64,000 nucleotides of DNA from Raja brachyura (taxonomy: Eukaryota). Below, piece after piece: positions 1 to 14,310 of this stretch. The notes beneath the pieces are model-generated. The model had not been told where the DNA came from and searched no databases. It worked only from the letters and a program-made list of their open reading frames with translations. The stretch lies in the NCBI GenBank assembly GCA_963514005.1, contig OY740782.1, forward strand, positions 150,536,001 to 150,600,000, in the 5' to 3' direction. The number at the start of each line of letters is the position of its first letter. Positions within the stretch are counted from its first letter, which is position 1. The position numbers and the translations under genes are program-made.

Positions 1-88
1 TAACACACCCAAACACAATATAATACACTGTAACACACCTTAACACAATATAACACACTATAGTACAATATAACACACTATAATACAA
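1..88. repeat. AC/TA-rich minisatellite (taacacac/taatacac units)
   Basis: Imperfect ~11-bp tandem units visible at the window start. Confidence 0.7.
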
Positions 89-279
89 AATGTATTTGAT
101 GCCCCTCACCAAGATGGTCACCATTGCTACAAATGCCCCTCACCAAGATGTCTTCCGTACTCTTCAGTCACAGTCACATCCACTAATTGCCCTGCACCAA
201 GATGGCCGCAGCCTCCCCAGTAAGTCGGCTTTTTTAGATGGCTGCGGACTGATTCCCCTAAAACATTCTTATAGTGGCA

Positions 280-296
280 GAGCCCTCTAGTGGTGA
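280..296 (-). promoter_or_regulatory. CTCF-like motif
   Basis: Minus strand reads CACCACTAGAGGGCTC, a close match to the CTCF core consensus. Motif only, no binding data. Confidence 0.45.
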
Positions 297-818
297 CTGT
301 TAGAACAGCCTTCTACACACAACGTATGTTCCCCTCCTTGCAAATGAAGGCGATCATTTAAGTCCAGTTATCAAATCAAATATAAGTCCATTTGAAATCC
401 GTCCAACGTCCTTTCAAATTTCATGTCCTTTCATGTGCTCTATTAATAAACGGATGTCCAAAAAATAACTGCTCAGTGAATATAACAGTTTATGGCTTCA
501 CAGTTGAAAATCTTGCAGATACTGAGGTCTCCTCTTCTGTCGCGGAGAACGTTGAACGGGATTTGGCTGCTCTGCTGTATACTGACCGCGCTGCTCTGCT
601 GTATACTGACCGCGATCGCTGTCTTGACTGGATATCGGGAAAGGAAAAGCGTCCGGTTCGTCTTCTTCCCGTCTCTGTCTGCTTGCGTTGAGACGCCTCG
701 CGTTCCAACTGGTGTAATCTTGGAGGAGGTACACGTTCTTGCCGAGTCTCCATTTGATCTATATTGGCTCTGAGAGTGCCCTTGCGAACTTATGCTGTCT
801 GTTGGGGGGGCTGATTCC

Positions 819-1140
819 AATTTGACATCTAATTCACTTTCATATCTTCAGTATTAAAAGCGTTATGGCCATTTTCATACTCGGAAATTAGCATCTTGTT
901 ACCCATTGCCTTTCCATTGACTTAACTCAAAAGCTGTGATCTAGGACAGTCAAAAGCCCATAACTTTCTTGAAAATTAAGAAAACTCAATGAAATTTTCT
1001 GTTATTATAGATTGAAGCATTCTTAAACAAATATGAAACAATCTTACTTGGATGACCTGAAATTAAAGCATATGATTAGTTAGTTACCTAATTGTAGCTA
1101 ATTACAAAATTCAATTACTAGATCTAAGCATCTATCCATT
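819..1140 (+). mobile_element. Internal fragment of the AT-rich non-autonomous DNA transposon also found at 16287 and 23162
   Basis: Shares ttatggccattttcatactcggaaattagcatcttg and following sequence with 16368-16680. Confidence 0.7.
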
Positions 1141-1758
1141 TCTTAAGAAAAGATAAACCTTTTTAAATTGCGTTAGTGTCCAAATAACATTCACACAATA
1201 ATTCACAATATAACATGATTTTTAAATCTCATTTTCATTAATTTATAGGCCAAATGGAAGGAATTTAGTGTTTAATTCCCGTCAATTAATGGTCATTTAA
1301 ATCAACGCGAGTGGGTTTTAGTGGAACGCGGTGGATTGGAACTTTGGGGTTTGCGGTGAATTTAAACCACAGTCGGCAGGAAAAACACCGAGGGCTTGCA
1401 AGGGCCTGGGGAATGGAATGTGCGGAACCGACGGAGAGTGTCTGAGGTGTCTTGAACATAGGTGGGGAGGGGATTTAACAAAGGGGGATAGGATGGAGTC
1501 AAGGTATGTGGAAATGAGTTCGGTGGGGCACGAACAGGCAGAGACAATGGGTCTGCCGGGGCAGTTGGGTTTGTGGAAAAGACTGGGTATTGAGTAATGA
1601 GGAAGGGTTAGTTAACAGCCTTGTTGTGCGTGGCCCCTTGGGCAAGAGTGACCATAAAATGGTTGAGTTCTTCATTAGGTTGGAGAGTGACATACTTAAT
1701 TCAGAAACAAGGGTTCTGAACTTAAAGAAAGATAACTTTGAGGGTACGAGACGTGAAT

Positions 1759-3137
1759 GTATTTATTTATCTATTTATTTATTTATTTGTTCATTTGTTC
1801 CGAACAAGTAAAGACATAAATAGGAATAAATAACAACAACAAATAGAAATAGTCAAACAATTGGACATTCCAGGCAATATTTGCAAAGCAATGAAAAGCA
1901 TAAAGCAACATTTAAATGTCCAACACTTTTTCTTTACAAGCTCGAAAAGGAATGAGAAGAATAACTTATTTAATCTCACCCCTTCTCCCTAAACTCTTCT
2001 TCCATGTTTAATAATTAATTAATTAATTATTATAATTATCACCATTATTAATAACATTGCTTATAATAATAATAATAATGCTAATGTATCAATAGTAATG
2101 TAATATGTAACATAATATACAATATATAATCTACAATAGCTAATTATTCATTTGAGATACAATTTAACCGTAGACGTACCCCAGACAATGTTTAGAGATG
2201 CATACGGACATATATATACATACAACTGATAAACACATACAAGTAATATGTATGAAGTAACCAAAAAACATAAATAAATAATAAATAAAATCAATAAATA
2301 AACATTAACCCCTGTTTGTCAACCATCCCCTTCATCCCTGTACCTTGTGAAAACAAGTGTTTTGTCTGTCATTTTGAACTGGTTCATGTTTGGACATTGC
2401 TTTAACTCCACATTCAAACTGTTCCACAATCCCACTCCACAGACCGAAATACAAAACGTTTTTCTGGTCGTGCGGACTCTTTGTCCCTTAAAATTGAATA
2501 TTCTTCTTAAATTATAACCCCCCACTCGCTCATTGAATCATTTTTGTTTATTTCCAGGTAAGTTTTTATTTTTGGCCCTAAACATTATCTGTGCTGTTTT
2601 AAATGCAACCAAATCTGCTCATTTTAATAATTTTGACTGTAAGAATAATGAATTAGTGTGATCCAGATACCTGACATTGTGAATAATGCGTATTGGTCTT
2701 TTTTGCAGAATAGTTAATGAATGTAGCAAACTTTTATAGTTATTGCCCCAGACTTCTGCACAGTAAATTAAGTAGGGTAAGATTAGTGAACACTAGAGAA
2801 TGCGGAGTGATTTGTGATCCAGAACCTGCTTGACTTTGTGTAATACAGAAATGCTTTTTGACAGTTTAGATTGTACATGTTTAATGCGTGATTTCCAGCT
2901 GATTCTATCATCCATTATAACCCCAAGAAATTTATTTTCATGAACTCGTTCAATTTCAACCCCATTTATCTTTATATTTGCTTGTGTATTTGTTCTGCAA
3001 TTACCAAATAACATTATTTTGGTTTTGCTCAAGTTCAATGATATTTTGTTCCTGTCAAACCATGTTTTCAGTTTGCCCATTTCTTTTGTTATTTTGTCCA
3101 GTAGTTGTTTTAAATTCTCCCCATAACAAAAAATATT
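1759..3137 (-). mobile_element. Crack/L2-group LINE 3' part inserted into the CR1
   Basis: RT C-terminal peptides (WFDRNKISLNLSKTK, KFLGVIMD), long AT-rich 3' UTR, TGAAT target duplication at 1754-1758 and 3138-3142. Confidence 0.8.
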
Positions 3138-4028
3138 TGAATTGGCCAAGATAGACTGGCAATTGATTCTTAAAGGGTTGATGGTGGATAGGGAATGGAA
3201 GGCATTTAAAGACTGCATGGATGTACTACAAAAATTGTTCATCCCAGTTTGGCAAAAGAATAAATCAGGGAAGGTAGTACATCCGTGGATAACAAGGGAA
3301 ATCAGGGATAGTATCAAAACAAAAGATGAAGCATACAAATTAGCCAGAAAAAGCAGCCTACCAGAGGACTGGGAGAAATTCAGAGTCCAGCAGAGGAGGA
3401 CAAAGGGATTAATTAGGAAATGGGAAATGGATTATGAACGAAAACTGGCAGGGAACATAAAAATTGACTGCAAACGTTTTTATAGATATGCGAAGAGAAA
3501 AAGATTAGTTAAAATAAATGTAGGTCCCTTGCAGTCAGAAACAGGTGATGGTGATGATCAAGGACATGGCAGACCAATTGAATAACTACTTTGGTTCTGT
3601 CTTCACTAAGGAAGACATAAATAATCTGCCGAAAATAGCAGGGGATCGGGGGTCAAATGAGATGGAACTGAGTGAAATCCAGGTTAGCCGGGAAGTGGTG
3701 TTAGGTAAATTGAATGGATTAGCCGATAAATCCCCAGGGCCAGATAGGCTGCATACCAGAGTACTTAAGGATGTAGCCCCAGAAACAGTGGATGCATTAG
3801 TGATAATTTTTCAAATCTCTTTTGATTCTGGAGTAGTTCCTGAGGATTGGAGGGTAGCTAATGTAACCCCACTTTAAAAAAGGGAGGGAGAGACAAAACG
3901 GGGAATTACAGACCAGTTGGTCTAACATTGGTAGTGGGGAAACTGCTAGAGTCAGTTATTAAAGATGGAATAGCAGCACATTTGGAAAGTGGTGAAATCA
4001 TTGGACAAAGTCAGCATGGATTTATGAA

Positions 4029-4401
4029 ACATAGAAACATATAAACATAGAAATTAGGTGCAGGAGGAGGCCATTCGGCCCTTCGAGCCTGCACTGCCAT
4101 TCAATATGATCATGGCTGATCATCCAACTCAGCATCCCGTACATGCCTTCTCTCCATACCCTCTGATCCCTTTAGCCACAAGGGCCACATCTAACTCCAT
4201 CTTAAATATAGCCAATGAACTGGCCTCAACTACTCTCTGTGGCAGAGAGTTCCAGAGACCCACCACACTCTGTGTGAAAAAAGTCCTTTTCATCTCGGTC
4301 CTAAAGGATTTCCCCATGATCCTTAAGCTGTGACCCCTTGTCCTGGACCTCCCCAACATCGGGAACAATCTTCCTGCATCTAGCCTGTCCAACCCCTTAA
4401 G
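4029..4401 (-). mobile_element. CR1 3' fragment nested antisense in the CR1
   Basis: RTRGHSLRI...FFTQSVVGLWNSLP plus tail; interrupts the host at GFMK/GKSCL. Confidence 0.85.
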
Positions 4402-6201
4402 AAAGGTAAATCATGTCTGACGAATCTTTTAGAATTTTTCGAAGATGTAACTAGTAGAGTGGATAAGGGAGAACCAGTGGTGTGTTATATCTGGACTTTC
4501 AGAAGGCTTTCGACAAGGTCCCACATAAGAGATTAGTATGCAAACTTAAAGCACACGGTATTGGGGTTTCAGTATTGGTGTGGATAGAGAACTGGCTGGC
4601 AGACAGGAAGCAAAGAGTAGGAGTAATCGGGTCCTTTCCTGAATGGCAGGCAGTGACTAGTGGGGTACCGCAAGGCTCGGTGCTGGGACCCCAGCTATTT
4701 ACAATATATATTAATGATTTGGACGAGGGAATTGAATGCAACATCTCCAAGTTTGCGGATGATCACACGAAGCTGGGGGGCAGTGCTAGCTGTGAGGAGG
4801 ATGCTAGGAGGCTGCAAGGTGACTTGGATAGGTTGGGTGAGTGGGCAAATTCATGGCAGATGCAGTATAATGTGGATAAATGTGAGATTACACACTTTGG
4901 TGGCAAAAACAGGAAAGTAGACTGTTATTTGAATGGTGGCCGATTAGGAAAAGGGGAGATGCAAAGAGACCTGGGTGTCATGGTACACCAGTCATTGAAA
5001 GTAGGCATGCAGGTGCAGCAGGCAGTGAAGAAAGCGAATGGTATGTTAGCATTCATAGCAAAATAATTTGAGTATAGGAGCAGGGTTGTTCTACTGCAGT
5101 TGTACAGGGTCTTGGTGAGACCACACCTGGAGTATTGAATACAGTTTTGGTCTCCTAATCTGAGGAAATACATTCTTGCCATAGAGGGATTACAGACAAG
5201 GTTCATGGGATCTCAGGACTTTCATATGAAGAAAGATTGAATAGACTCGGCTTGTACTCGCTAGAATTTAGAAGATTGAGGGGGGATCTTATAGAAACTT
5301 CCAAAATTCTTAAGGGGTTGGACAGGCTAGATGCAGGAAGATTGTTCCCGATGTTGAGGAAGTCCAGGACAAAGGGTCACAGTTTAAGGATAAGGGGGAA
5401 GTCGTTTAGGACTGAGATGAGAAAAACATTTTTCACACAGAGAGTGGTGAATCTCTGGAATTCTCTGCCACAGAAGGTAGTTGAGGCCAGTTCATTGGTT
5501 ATATTTAAGAGGGAGTTAGATGCGGCCCTTGTGGCTAAGGGGATCAGGGGGTATGGAGAGAAGGCAGGTACAGGATACTGAGTTGGATGATCAACCATGA
5601 TCATATTGAATGGTGGTGCAGGCTCGAAGGGCTGAATGGCCTACTCCTGCACCTATGTTCTATGTTTCTATGTTTCTATGATAGATGTTTAGTGTACAGT
5701 GGAATGGGTTCGGAGGCATGAGCCTCATTTATTTACTCTGATCTCTGGAACTGGAACCCATAATATCCTGCCGTTGAATGACTGACTGACGCCCTTCATT
5801 TCCATCTACCACTTGCTTGTCCGAGTAAGTACACTGATGATCCCCGGTAGTAATGAGGCAACTCTGTTATTGGACATCAGCCATTGCAACTCCAGAAACA
5901 GGCCCCAAACCTCATCCACGAGGGTATGGTCCCAATTCACGTTTTCATCATTTTCCACCCATTGGTTCCGCATTTGTAGTGAACACATGACACGGTATGA
6001 CATCCGTAGTTCAGAAGAGGATGCCTATGGTATTACTGAAACAAATATTTTCATTGATACACGATCGGTTGTACAATCCTCCCCTTTTCATTACTATGGC
6101 CCCTGACTTCACTCCGAATAGATCTGATTATGCTTCTGGCTTAATGGCAGTGGGGTTGGCCTCTGTTATTGGTTAGAAAATATCCTACGAATCAGAAACC
6201 A

Positions 6202-8996
6202 CTATTGCTGTCTCGCGAACGTCCGGTCCCTGGTGAGTAAAACCGACGAACTTCGGCTGCGCATCACCACACACAGACGGATCGCCGACTGCAACGCCAT
6301 GGTCTTCACCGAGACATGGCTCACCGACAACATTCCCGACAATGCCGTCGAGCTGGAGGGGCGCACTGTCTTCAGGGCCGACAGATCTGCGGGGGAATCC
6401 GGTAAGACCAAGGGCGGCGGACTGTGCATCTATGTGAACAACTCATGGTGCACAGACGCTGTCAGGATTGGTAGCCACTGCTCTGCTGACCTAGAATACC
6501 TGATGTTAAAGTGCAGGCCCTTCTATCTGCCCAGGGAATTCACATCGACTGTCATCACTGCAGTCTATGTACCCCCGGACGCTAATGCCAGGCTTGCAAT
6601 GGAAGAGCTGCAAGCTGCTATCAGCAAACAACTAACTGCCCACCCAGAGGGGGCTTTTATTGTTGCTGGCGATTTTAACCACTCCAACCTAAAAACTGTG
6701 CTCCCCAGATTCCACCAACATGTCTCCTGCCCAACCAGAGGTAACAATATTTTGGACCTAGTTTATACTAATATTACTGAAGCATACAAAGCCCTTCCCC
6801 TCCCCCACCTGGGACAGTCTGATCACCTCTCTTTGTTCCTGCTCCCCAAATACACACCTCTGATCAGACGAGTGAAACCTACCGCGAGGACAGTGAAGGT
6901 CTGGCCTGAGGGGGCTGTCTCTGTCTTACAGGAACAGTTTCAGCAAACAGACTGGAGTGTGTTTGCCACCCAGGCCACCTTTAACTCCCAAGTGGACATA
7001 AATCCATACACCTCAACTGTTCTGGACTACATAAGATTCTGCACTGATAACGTCACCACCCATAAAGTGATAAAGACCTTCCCTAATCAGAAGCCGTGGA
7101 TGAGCAGGGAGGTCAGACTCCTGCTGAAGGCTCGAGACGCCGCTTTTAAATCTGGCGACGCTGAGGGATACAGCTCATCCAGGGCCAATCTGAAAAAGGG
7201 AATTAGGAATGCTAAACTCAATCACAAACAGCGGATTGAGGAGCATTTCCGAAACAACTCTGACCCCAGGCGCATGTGGCAAGGAATTAAGTCCATTGCC
7301 GACTACCATAAAGTCAACACCCCCCCCCCAGACAACGCCTCCCTTCCTAATGAGCTAAACCACTTCTATGCTCGCTTTGACCGGGACAACAAAACTCCAG
7401 CCATCAAAGTTGCTCCACCCCCGAATGAACAACCCCTCAGTCTCTCCACCTCTGCTGTACAAGACGCACTGAGCAAGGTGATTGAGCACAAAGCTGCCGG
7501 CCCCGATGGCATCCCCGGGCGGGTGCTCAGGGCATGTGCCGGACAACTATCCCTGGTCCTCACTGACATTTTCAATCTGTCACTGGCCCAGGGTGTCGTC
7601 CCCACTTGCCTCAAGACATCTACCATTGTGCCAGTGCCCAAACAATCAGCGACAGGGAGTCTCAACGACTACCGGCCAGTGGCACTCACCCCTGTCATCG
7701 CTAAGTGCTTTGAGCGGCTGATCCTGGCTCACCTCAAAGCCAGCCTCCCCCCCACACTGGACTCCCACCAATTTGCCTACCGGTCAAACAGGTCTACAGA
7801 GGATGCTATATCGACGGCCCTACACTCTGCCCTGACCCACCTGGACAGCAACAACACCTACATCAGGCTGCTGTTTATTGACTTCAGCTCTGCCTTTAAC
7901 ACTGTCATACCCGCTAGCTTGATCACCAAACTCATGGTCTTGGCATCTCCACCTCCCTCTGCAATTGGACACTGGATTTCCTCACTAACAGACCACAGTC
8001 TGTTAGGGTCAACAACCTCACCTCCTCCACTATAACACTGAACACCGGCGTCCCACAGGGCTGTGTGCTCAGCCCTCTCCTCTACTCCCTCTTCACGCAT
8101 GACTGCATCCCCAAGTATGGCTCCAACGCAATCATAAAATTTGCCGATGACACCACGGTGGTAGGACTGATCAGTGATAATGACGAATCAGCCTACAGGG
8201 AGGAGGTCCAGCACCTGACTACCTGGTGTGCCAACAATAACCTCGTCCTCAACTCCCAGAAGACGAAGGAAATAATTGTTGACTTTCGGAAGAACAGAGG
8301 GGGCAGACACACCCCCCATCCATATAAACGGGACTGAGGTGGAGCGGCTCTCCAACTACAAATTCCTCGGGGTACACATCTCGGAGGATCTGTCCTGGTC
8401 CCTCAACACCTCAAAGCTAATCAAAAAGGCACAGCAGCGCCTTTACTTTCTGAGGAGGCTCAAAAAAGCCCACCTGTCCCCCCAGATCCTGACGAACTTC
8501 TACCGCTGCACCATCGAAAGCATCCTGACCACCTGCTTTACGGTATGGTACAGCAGTTGCACCGTGGCAGACAGGAAGGCACTACAACGGGTGGTCAAAA
8601 CCGCCCAGTACATCATCGGTGCCCCGCTCCCTGCCTTGGATGCCCTCCACCGAAAACGGTGCCTGAAGCGGGCCGGGAAGATCATCAAGGACCCCTCACA
8701 CCCTAATCATGGACTGTTTGCCCTCCTCCCATCAGGGAGGCGGTACAGGAGCCTCAAGTCCCGCACCAGTAGGACGAAGAACAGCTTCTTCAACTACACC
8801 ATCCGACTGCTGAACTCGGAGCCCAGCTGATAGACTTGTCTGTACCCTGTATTTATTTATTTTCCATATTGCTACCACTGCACTCTGTATTTATTTTTCT
8901 ATATCGCTATCACTAAGAACGACGCTAAACTGCATTTCGTTGTACCTATACTTGTATTTGTGCAATGACATTAAACTTGAATTGAATTGAATTGAA
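6202..8996 (+). mobile_element. Rex1/Babar-like LINE, near full length (APE endonuclease + RT), two frameshifts
   Basis: 600-aa ORF with [38 protein letters not shown]; continues with [10 protein letters not shown] and FADD; (TTGAA)n tail. Confidence 0.88.
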
Positions 8997-9234
8997 AGCT
9001 ACTCCAGCCACTGCCGATGTGGGCATTCAATTGCCCAATTTTCCAGCAATGCATTTCCTTCAGTCCGATTGCCACTAGAAATTCTAATATTGAACAAAAT
9101 TACGAACATAAAATGACAATCAACAGGTCATGACCAGTTTTTTTGTTTGCATTGGCATTAGGCCCTATCTAACATATGTGAGTATGTGTATATATACGCA
9201 CGGAACTCAATTTTTCTCTCCCTCATTCATCATA

Positions 9235-9500
9235 TCTATATAATTAAAAGTGTCATCTTGACCACTTCCTGTTTGCACTTTGCTGTGATTTGAGAAAAAA
9301 CGCTACCACATATGGCTGAGATTTTTTGGCCATCTTACTCAGAGTCCTCCTCCAAAATAAAAGACTTATTAGCGTTTAAAAAATCTTGAGATTCTCTCTC
9401 CTGTCAATTATTGCCAGGAGGCCCCTTCCAGTGGGAGGGGGACCTATTCGGCCTGCCAAATAACCGCCCTATCCACTGATGCATAGCCCCCAACTCGCAG
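9235..9500 (+). mobile_element. Possible non-autonomous Helitron 5' part
   Basis: A|TC start followed by TATATAATTAAAAG; the following G/A-rich tract is related to 11115-11390. Confidence 0.35.
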
Positions 9501-9504
9501 ACGA

Positions 9505-9915
9505 GTCTAGAGAGGTGGGGGGGGGGGGGTGTAGAGAGTGAGGGCAGAGCGAGAATGGGGAGAAACAGAGAGAGAGGCAGAAACAGAAGGGCAAGAGACA
9601 GAGGGAGAGGGGGTTGGAGGGGAGGAGGAGAGGGAGGGTGGGGGAGGGGGGGAGGGTGGGGGAGGAGGGGAGCAAGAGGAGGGAGGGGAGAGAGAGGAGG
9701 AGAGAGAGGGGGAAAGGGGGGCTGAAAGGGGGATGAAGCAAAGGGGAAAGGGGGTGGAAAGGGAGGGGGAGAGGTGGGGGAAGGGAGGGGGTGGTGGAGG
9801 AAAGGGGGTAGGGAAGGGGGTGGAGGGAAGTGGTAGGGGAGGGGTGGAGTGGAGGGTGTGGAGGGGGGAAGGGGGTTTACGGGAGGGCGATAGAGAGAGC
9901 GGTGAGAGAGTGAGA
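9505..9915. repeat. Polypurine G/A-rich low-complexity tract
   Basis: Runs of gggga/gagag up to the gap. Confidence 0.85.
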
Positions 9916-10068
9916 NNNNNNNNNNNNNNNNNNNNNNNNNNNNNNNNNNNNNNNNNNNNNNNNNNNNNNNNNNNNNNNNNNNNNNNNNNNNNNNNNNNNN
10001 NNNNNNNNNNNNNNNNNNNNNNNNNNNNNNNNNNNNNNNNNNNNNNNNNNNNNNNNNNNNNNNNNNNN
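9916..10068. other. Assembly gap (153 N)
   Basis: Run of N. Confidence 1.
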
Positions 10069-10959
10069 CGAACGAGACATGAAGCTATCTGATGACAGTG
10101 AAAAGCAGCGGGGGGACCAGCCGATCGTGGCTTCCGCCAGCATGACTGAGCCAGGCCGGGAGGGACAGACAATCGGGCCTCCCCGGATAGGAAGTCGTCC
10201 CCTGTGACGGGTACAGAGCAAAGATCCTATAGCGGTATAGGATCTTTGGTAGAGAGGAGAGGGGGGAGAGAGGGAAGAAGGAGAGGGAAGGTGAGAAGGG
10301 GAGGGGGTTGTGGAGGGGAGCCGGGCGAATGAGTGGGCTGACAAATGAGGAGAGAGACAGAAGCGGCTTCTGACTCTCTGGAAACCCACAGCTGGAATGC
10401 GTGGGCAGGCGGGCGGGGGATGGGAGGGGCGGGGCTTCACGAGCAGCGCCGGCAGTGAGGAGAAAGTTCAGCACATGAGGTGCCACTGACCCCGAGATCT
10501 GCAGAACAAAGATCCTATAGCTGAGTTGAAGAATCTTTGTTCTGCTGAACTTTCTCCATCTTTCTGCGCCTTTTGAAGAACAGGGTGATGGGTGGGCGAA
10601 CGTACCTCATGGAAAACTGCGCATGCACATTGGCAGCAGCTGCATTCATCCACAGCACTGGGGGGGGTGGGGCAAGGAGGCAGGTGGGCCTGGATTGGTG
10701 GGCATGTGGGCATTGTGATGTCAGCAGCTGGCAAGCGGCGATTATTTTTGAAAAAGTGAGTTTTGTGAACAACTTTATTCAAAATCTGGGGGAATAATGA
10801 AACGTATTTAGAGAGGAGTAGATTTATGAAATCATAAGTTCAGCCCCTACCGAAATTGTAAAATTTTCCGCGTTTTTTCATCTGGTTTTCGAGGAGATAC
10901 GTTTCAAATTCAAAATGACATACACACACACACACCAACACACACAGTTTTAATAGATA

Positions 10960-11390
10960 CTAGACCAAGTGCAGACCCATTGGGTCTGTTCCCCCATCGC
11001 ATGATTGCGGGGGGGGTGGGGGGAGGCGGCATGTGGCATCACACACACTAACCACCCCACACACACTAACTACCCCCCTTGATATATTAATATTATTAAT
11101 TTGCTCCCTTTACCCCATAACCGCCCCATCCACTGACACGTAGCCCCCAACTCGCAGGCGCGTCTAGAGAGGGTGGGGGGGGCTAGAGAGTGGGAGCAGA
11201 GAGAGAAAGGGGTGAGACAGAGAGAGAGGCAGAGACGGGAGGGCAAGAGACAGACGGGGGGGAGAGAGGGGGGGGAAGAGGGGGGGGAGAGAGTGGGGGG
11301 CAGAGAGGGGGGGAGAAAGTGGGGGGGAGTGAAAGGGGGAGAGAGGGGGGAGGTGAGGGGTGGGGTAGGTGAGGGGGGGGGGTGAGAGGG
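10960..11390 (-). mobile_element. Non-autonomous Helitron 3' end
   Basis: Hairpin CAGACCCAATGGGTCTG (10972-10988) 8 nt before terminal CTAG|T on the minus strand. Confidence 0.55.
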
Positions 11391-11394
11391 CTGC

Positions 11395-14310
11395 GGGGGT
11401 TCCACAAGGCTCCATCCTAGGCCCCATTCTCTTCTCCCTGTATATGCTCCCCTTAGGCCACATCATTCAAAGGCACGGCATTTCCTTCCACTGCTATGCA
11501 GGCGATACACAGCTCTATCTCCCCCTGAAACCCAACAACCGATCAAATCTACTCAACCTTATGCACTGCCTCGAGGATATAAAGTGCTGGATGACCCAGA
11601 ACTTCCTCCAACTAAACATCTAAGGTCATCCTACACAAATTCAAGTTCATGTTCAAGAGAGTTTATTGTCATGTGTCCCAGATAGGACAATGAAATTCTT
11701 GCTTTGCTTCAGCACACCAGAACATAGTTGGCATGAATACAGAACAGATCAGTGTGTCCATATACCATAATATAAATATATACACACATGAATAAATAAA
11801 CTGATCAAGTGCAATAAAGCAGATAATGGGCTATTAATGTTCAGAGTTGTCCGAGTCGAGTTTAATAGCCTGATGGCTGTGGGGAAGTAGCTATTCCAGA
11901 ACCTGGTTGTTACAGTCTTCAGACTCCTGTACCTTCTACCTGAAGGTAGCGGAGAGATGAGTGTGTGGCCAGGATGGTGTGGGTCCTTGATGATGCTGCC
12001 AGCCTTTTGGAAGGTAGGTCAGAGCCGTTGACGGACTGGGCAGTGTTTACTACTTTTTGTAGCCTTTTCCGCTCTAGGGCCCTCATGTTGCCGAACCAAG
12101 CCACGATGCAACCAGTCAGCATTCTCTCTACTGTGCACCTGTACAAGTTAGAGAGAGTTCTCCTTGACATACCGACTCTCCGTAATCTTCTCAGGAAGTA
12201 GAGGCGCTGATGAGCTTTCTTTATAGTTGCATCAGTGTTCTCGGACCAGGAAAGATCTTCAGAGATATACACATCCAGAAATTGAAGCTCTTGGCCCTTT
12301 CCACCATCGACCTGTTGATATAAACGGGACTGTGGGTCCCCATCCTACTCCTTCCAAAGTCCACAATCAGTTTCTTGGTATAGTTGGTGTTGAGGGCCAG
12401 GTTATTGTGCTGGCTCCATATGGACAGTCGGTCGATCTCACTTCTATATCTGACTCGTCCCCATCAGTGATACGTCGCACAACAGTGGTGTCATCAGCGA
12501 ACTTGATGATGGAGTTTGCACTATGACCGGCTACGCAGTCATGAGTATAGAGTGAGTACAGCAGGGGGCTGAGCACGCAGCCTTGAGGTACTCCCGTGCT
12601 GATTGTTATCGAGGATGACACATTTCCACCAATACGGACAGAGCGTGGTCTGTGAATGAAGAAGTCGAGGATCCAAGTGCAGAGGGATGCGCAGAGACCC
12701 AGATCTGAGAGCTTGCTAACCAGCTTGGAGGGGATGATAGTATTAAATGCCGAGCTGTAATTAATGAATAACAGCCTGCCATATAAGTTTTTGTGTCCAA
12801 GTGGTCCAGAGCAGAGTGGAGAGCCAGCGAGATCGCATCCACCGTTGATGTGTTGTGGCGGTAAGCGAACTGCAGTGGGTCCAGGTTTTATGTCGAGGTA
12901 GGAGTTCATTTGCGCCGTGAACAAGCTCTTGAAGCGCTTCATCACCACCGACGTTAGTGCCACTGGTCGATAGTCGTTGAGGCACGTCACCTTGCTCTTC
13001 TTGGGCACTGGTATTATTGATGCCCTTTTAAAGCAGGTGGGAACCTCAGACCTCAGAAGTGAGATGTTGAAAATGTCCGTAAAAACTCCAGCCAGTTGGT
13101 CCGCACAGGTTTTTAGAACACGACCTGGTATACCATCAGGTCCATGCGCTTTTCAAGGGTTCACCCCTCTGAAGGATTTTCTGACGTCGGCCTCTGTGAC
13201 TGTGACTGAAATACCATCACAGCGAATGGGGGCTCGAGAAGGCACATCTGTGTTCTCCCTATCAAAGTGTGCGTAAAACACATTGAGCTCGTCAGGGAGT
13301 GATGCTACGCCAACATTCGAGCTGCCTCCTGATCTCGCCTTGTAGGAGGTGATTGCATTCAGGCCCTGCCACAGCTGCCGAACATCTATCTCATCCTCCA
13401 GTGTGGAGGAGAAGTTCCTTTTGGCCTTTTTGATGGCCTTACCAAGGTTGTACCTGGACTTCTTGTAGACCAATGTATCATCAGATATGAATGCCCGGTG
13501 TCTGGTCTTCAGAAGAGTGCGGATCTCAAAGTTCATCCAAGGCTTCTGATTGGGAAACACTTGGACAATTTTTTATTGTGATATTTGACTCTGCTTTGAA
13601 GTTTGACAAACAAGTCAATGCTGTGGTAAAAGCTAGCTTCTTCCAGCTTCGGACGATTGTTAAAATCAAACCATTCCTCCAATTCAACGACCTTGAAAAG
13701 ATCATCCACGCATTTATCTCCTCCCGCCTTGATTACTGCAACACCCTTTACACTGGCATTAGCCAATCATCCCTGTCCCGCCTGCAATTGGTCCAAAACG
13801 CCGCAGCGAGACTCCTGACGGGCACCCGTAAAAGGGATCACATCACCCCGATCCTGGCCTCTCTCCACTGGCTCCCAGTATGGTACAGAATCAATTTCAA
13901 GCTCCTCCTATATGTATACAAAGCCCTTACCGGGCTTGCCCCCACCTATATCAAAAACCTGCTAACCCACCATTCTACCTCCAGGTCCCTCAGGTCGGCC
14001 GACTTGGGGTTACTGACTATCCCGCGGTCCAGGTTTAAGCTCAGGGGCGACCGCGCTTTTGCGGTTGCAGCACCTAGACTGTGGAACAGCATCCCTCTCC
14101 TCATCAGAACTGCCCGCTCCATCAACTCCTTTCAGTCGTCACTTAAAACTTATTTCTACTCTCAAGCCTTTCTTGAGGGAGCACTGTATGTATGTATTTA
14201 TGTATGTATTGTTAGATCTATGTACCACTGTATGTAGCACGTTAGTACCTGCACTTTGGTCAACGTGAGTTGTTTTTAAATGTGCTATAGAAATAAAATT
14301 GACTTGACTT
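11395..14310 (+). mobile_element. L2 LINE 3' half split by a Rex1 insertion (unit 1)
   Basis: [50 protein letters not shown]; (gactt) tail. Confidence 0.85.
11638..13576 (-). mobile_element. Rex1/Babar-like LINE, 5'-truncated (unit 1)
   Basis: [28 protein letters not shown]; (cttgaa) tail. Confidence 0.85.

Larger units (their letters stand above)
1590..5680 (+). mobile_element. CR1-clade LINE, disrupted, with nested insertions
   Basis: Endonuclease end (LGKSDH), RT motifs (KSPGPD, LDFQKAFDKVPH, GVPQGSVLGP, FADD), (ctatgttt)n tail. Stops and frameshifts present. Confidence 0.9.

Noticed and set aside
566-613. Perfect 24-bp tandem duplication inside overlapping short ORFs
   Set aside because: Simple slippage; the ORFs show no recognisable product
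5730-6200. Possible decayed DNA-transposon or integrase coding sequence
   Set aside because: Only vague peptide resemblance; no diagnostic motif
9469-11466. Several Pro/Ser- or Gly/Glu-rich ORFs
   Set aside because: They arise from polypurine low-complexity tracts and some run through the N gap
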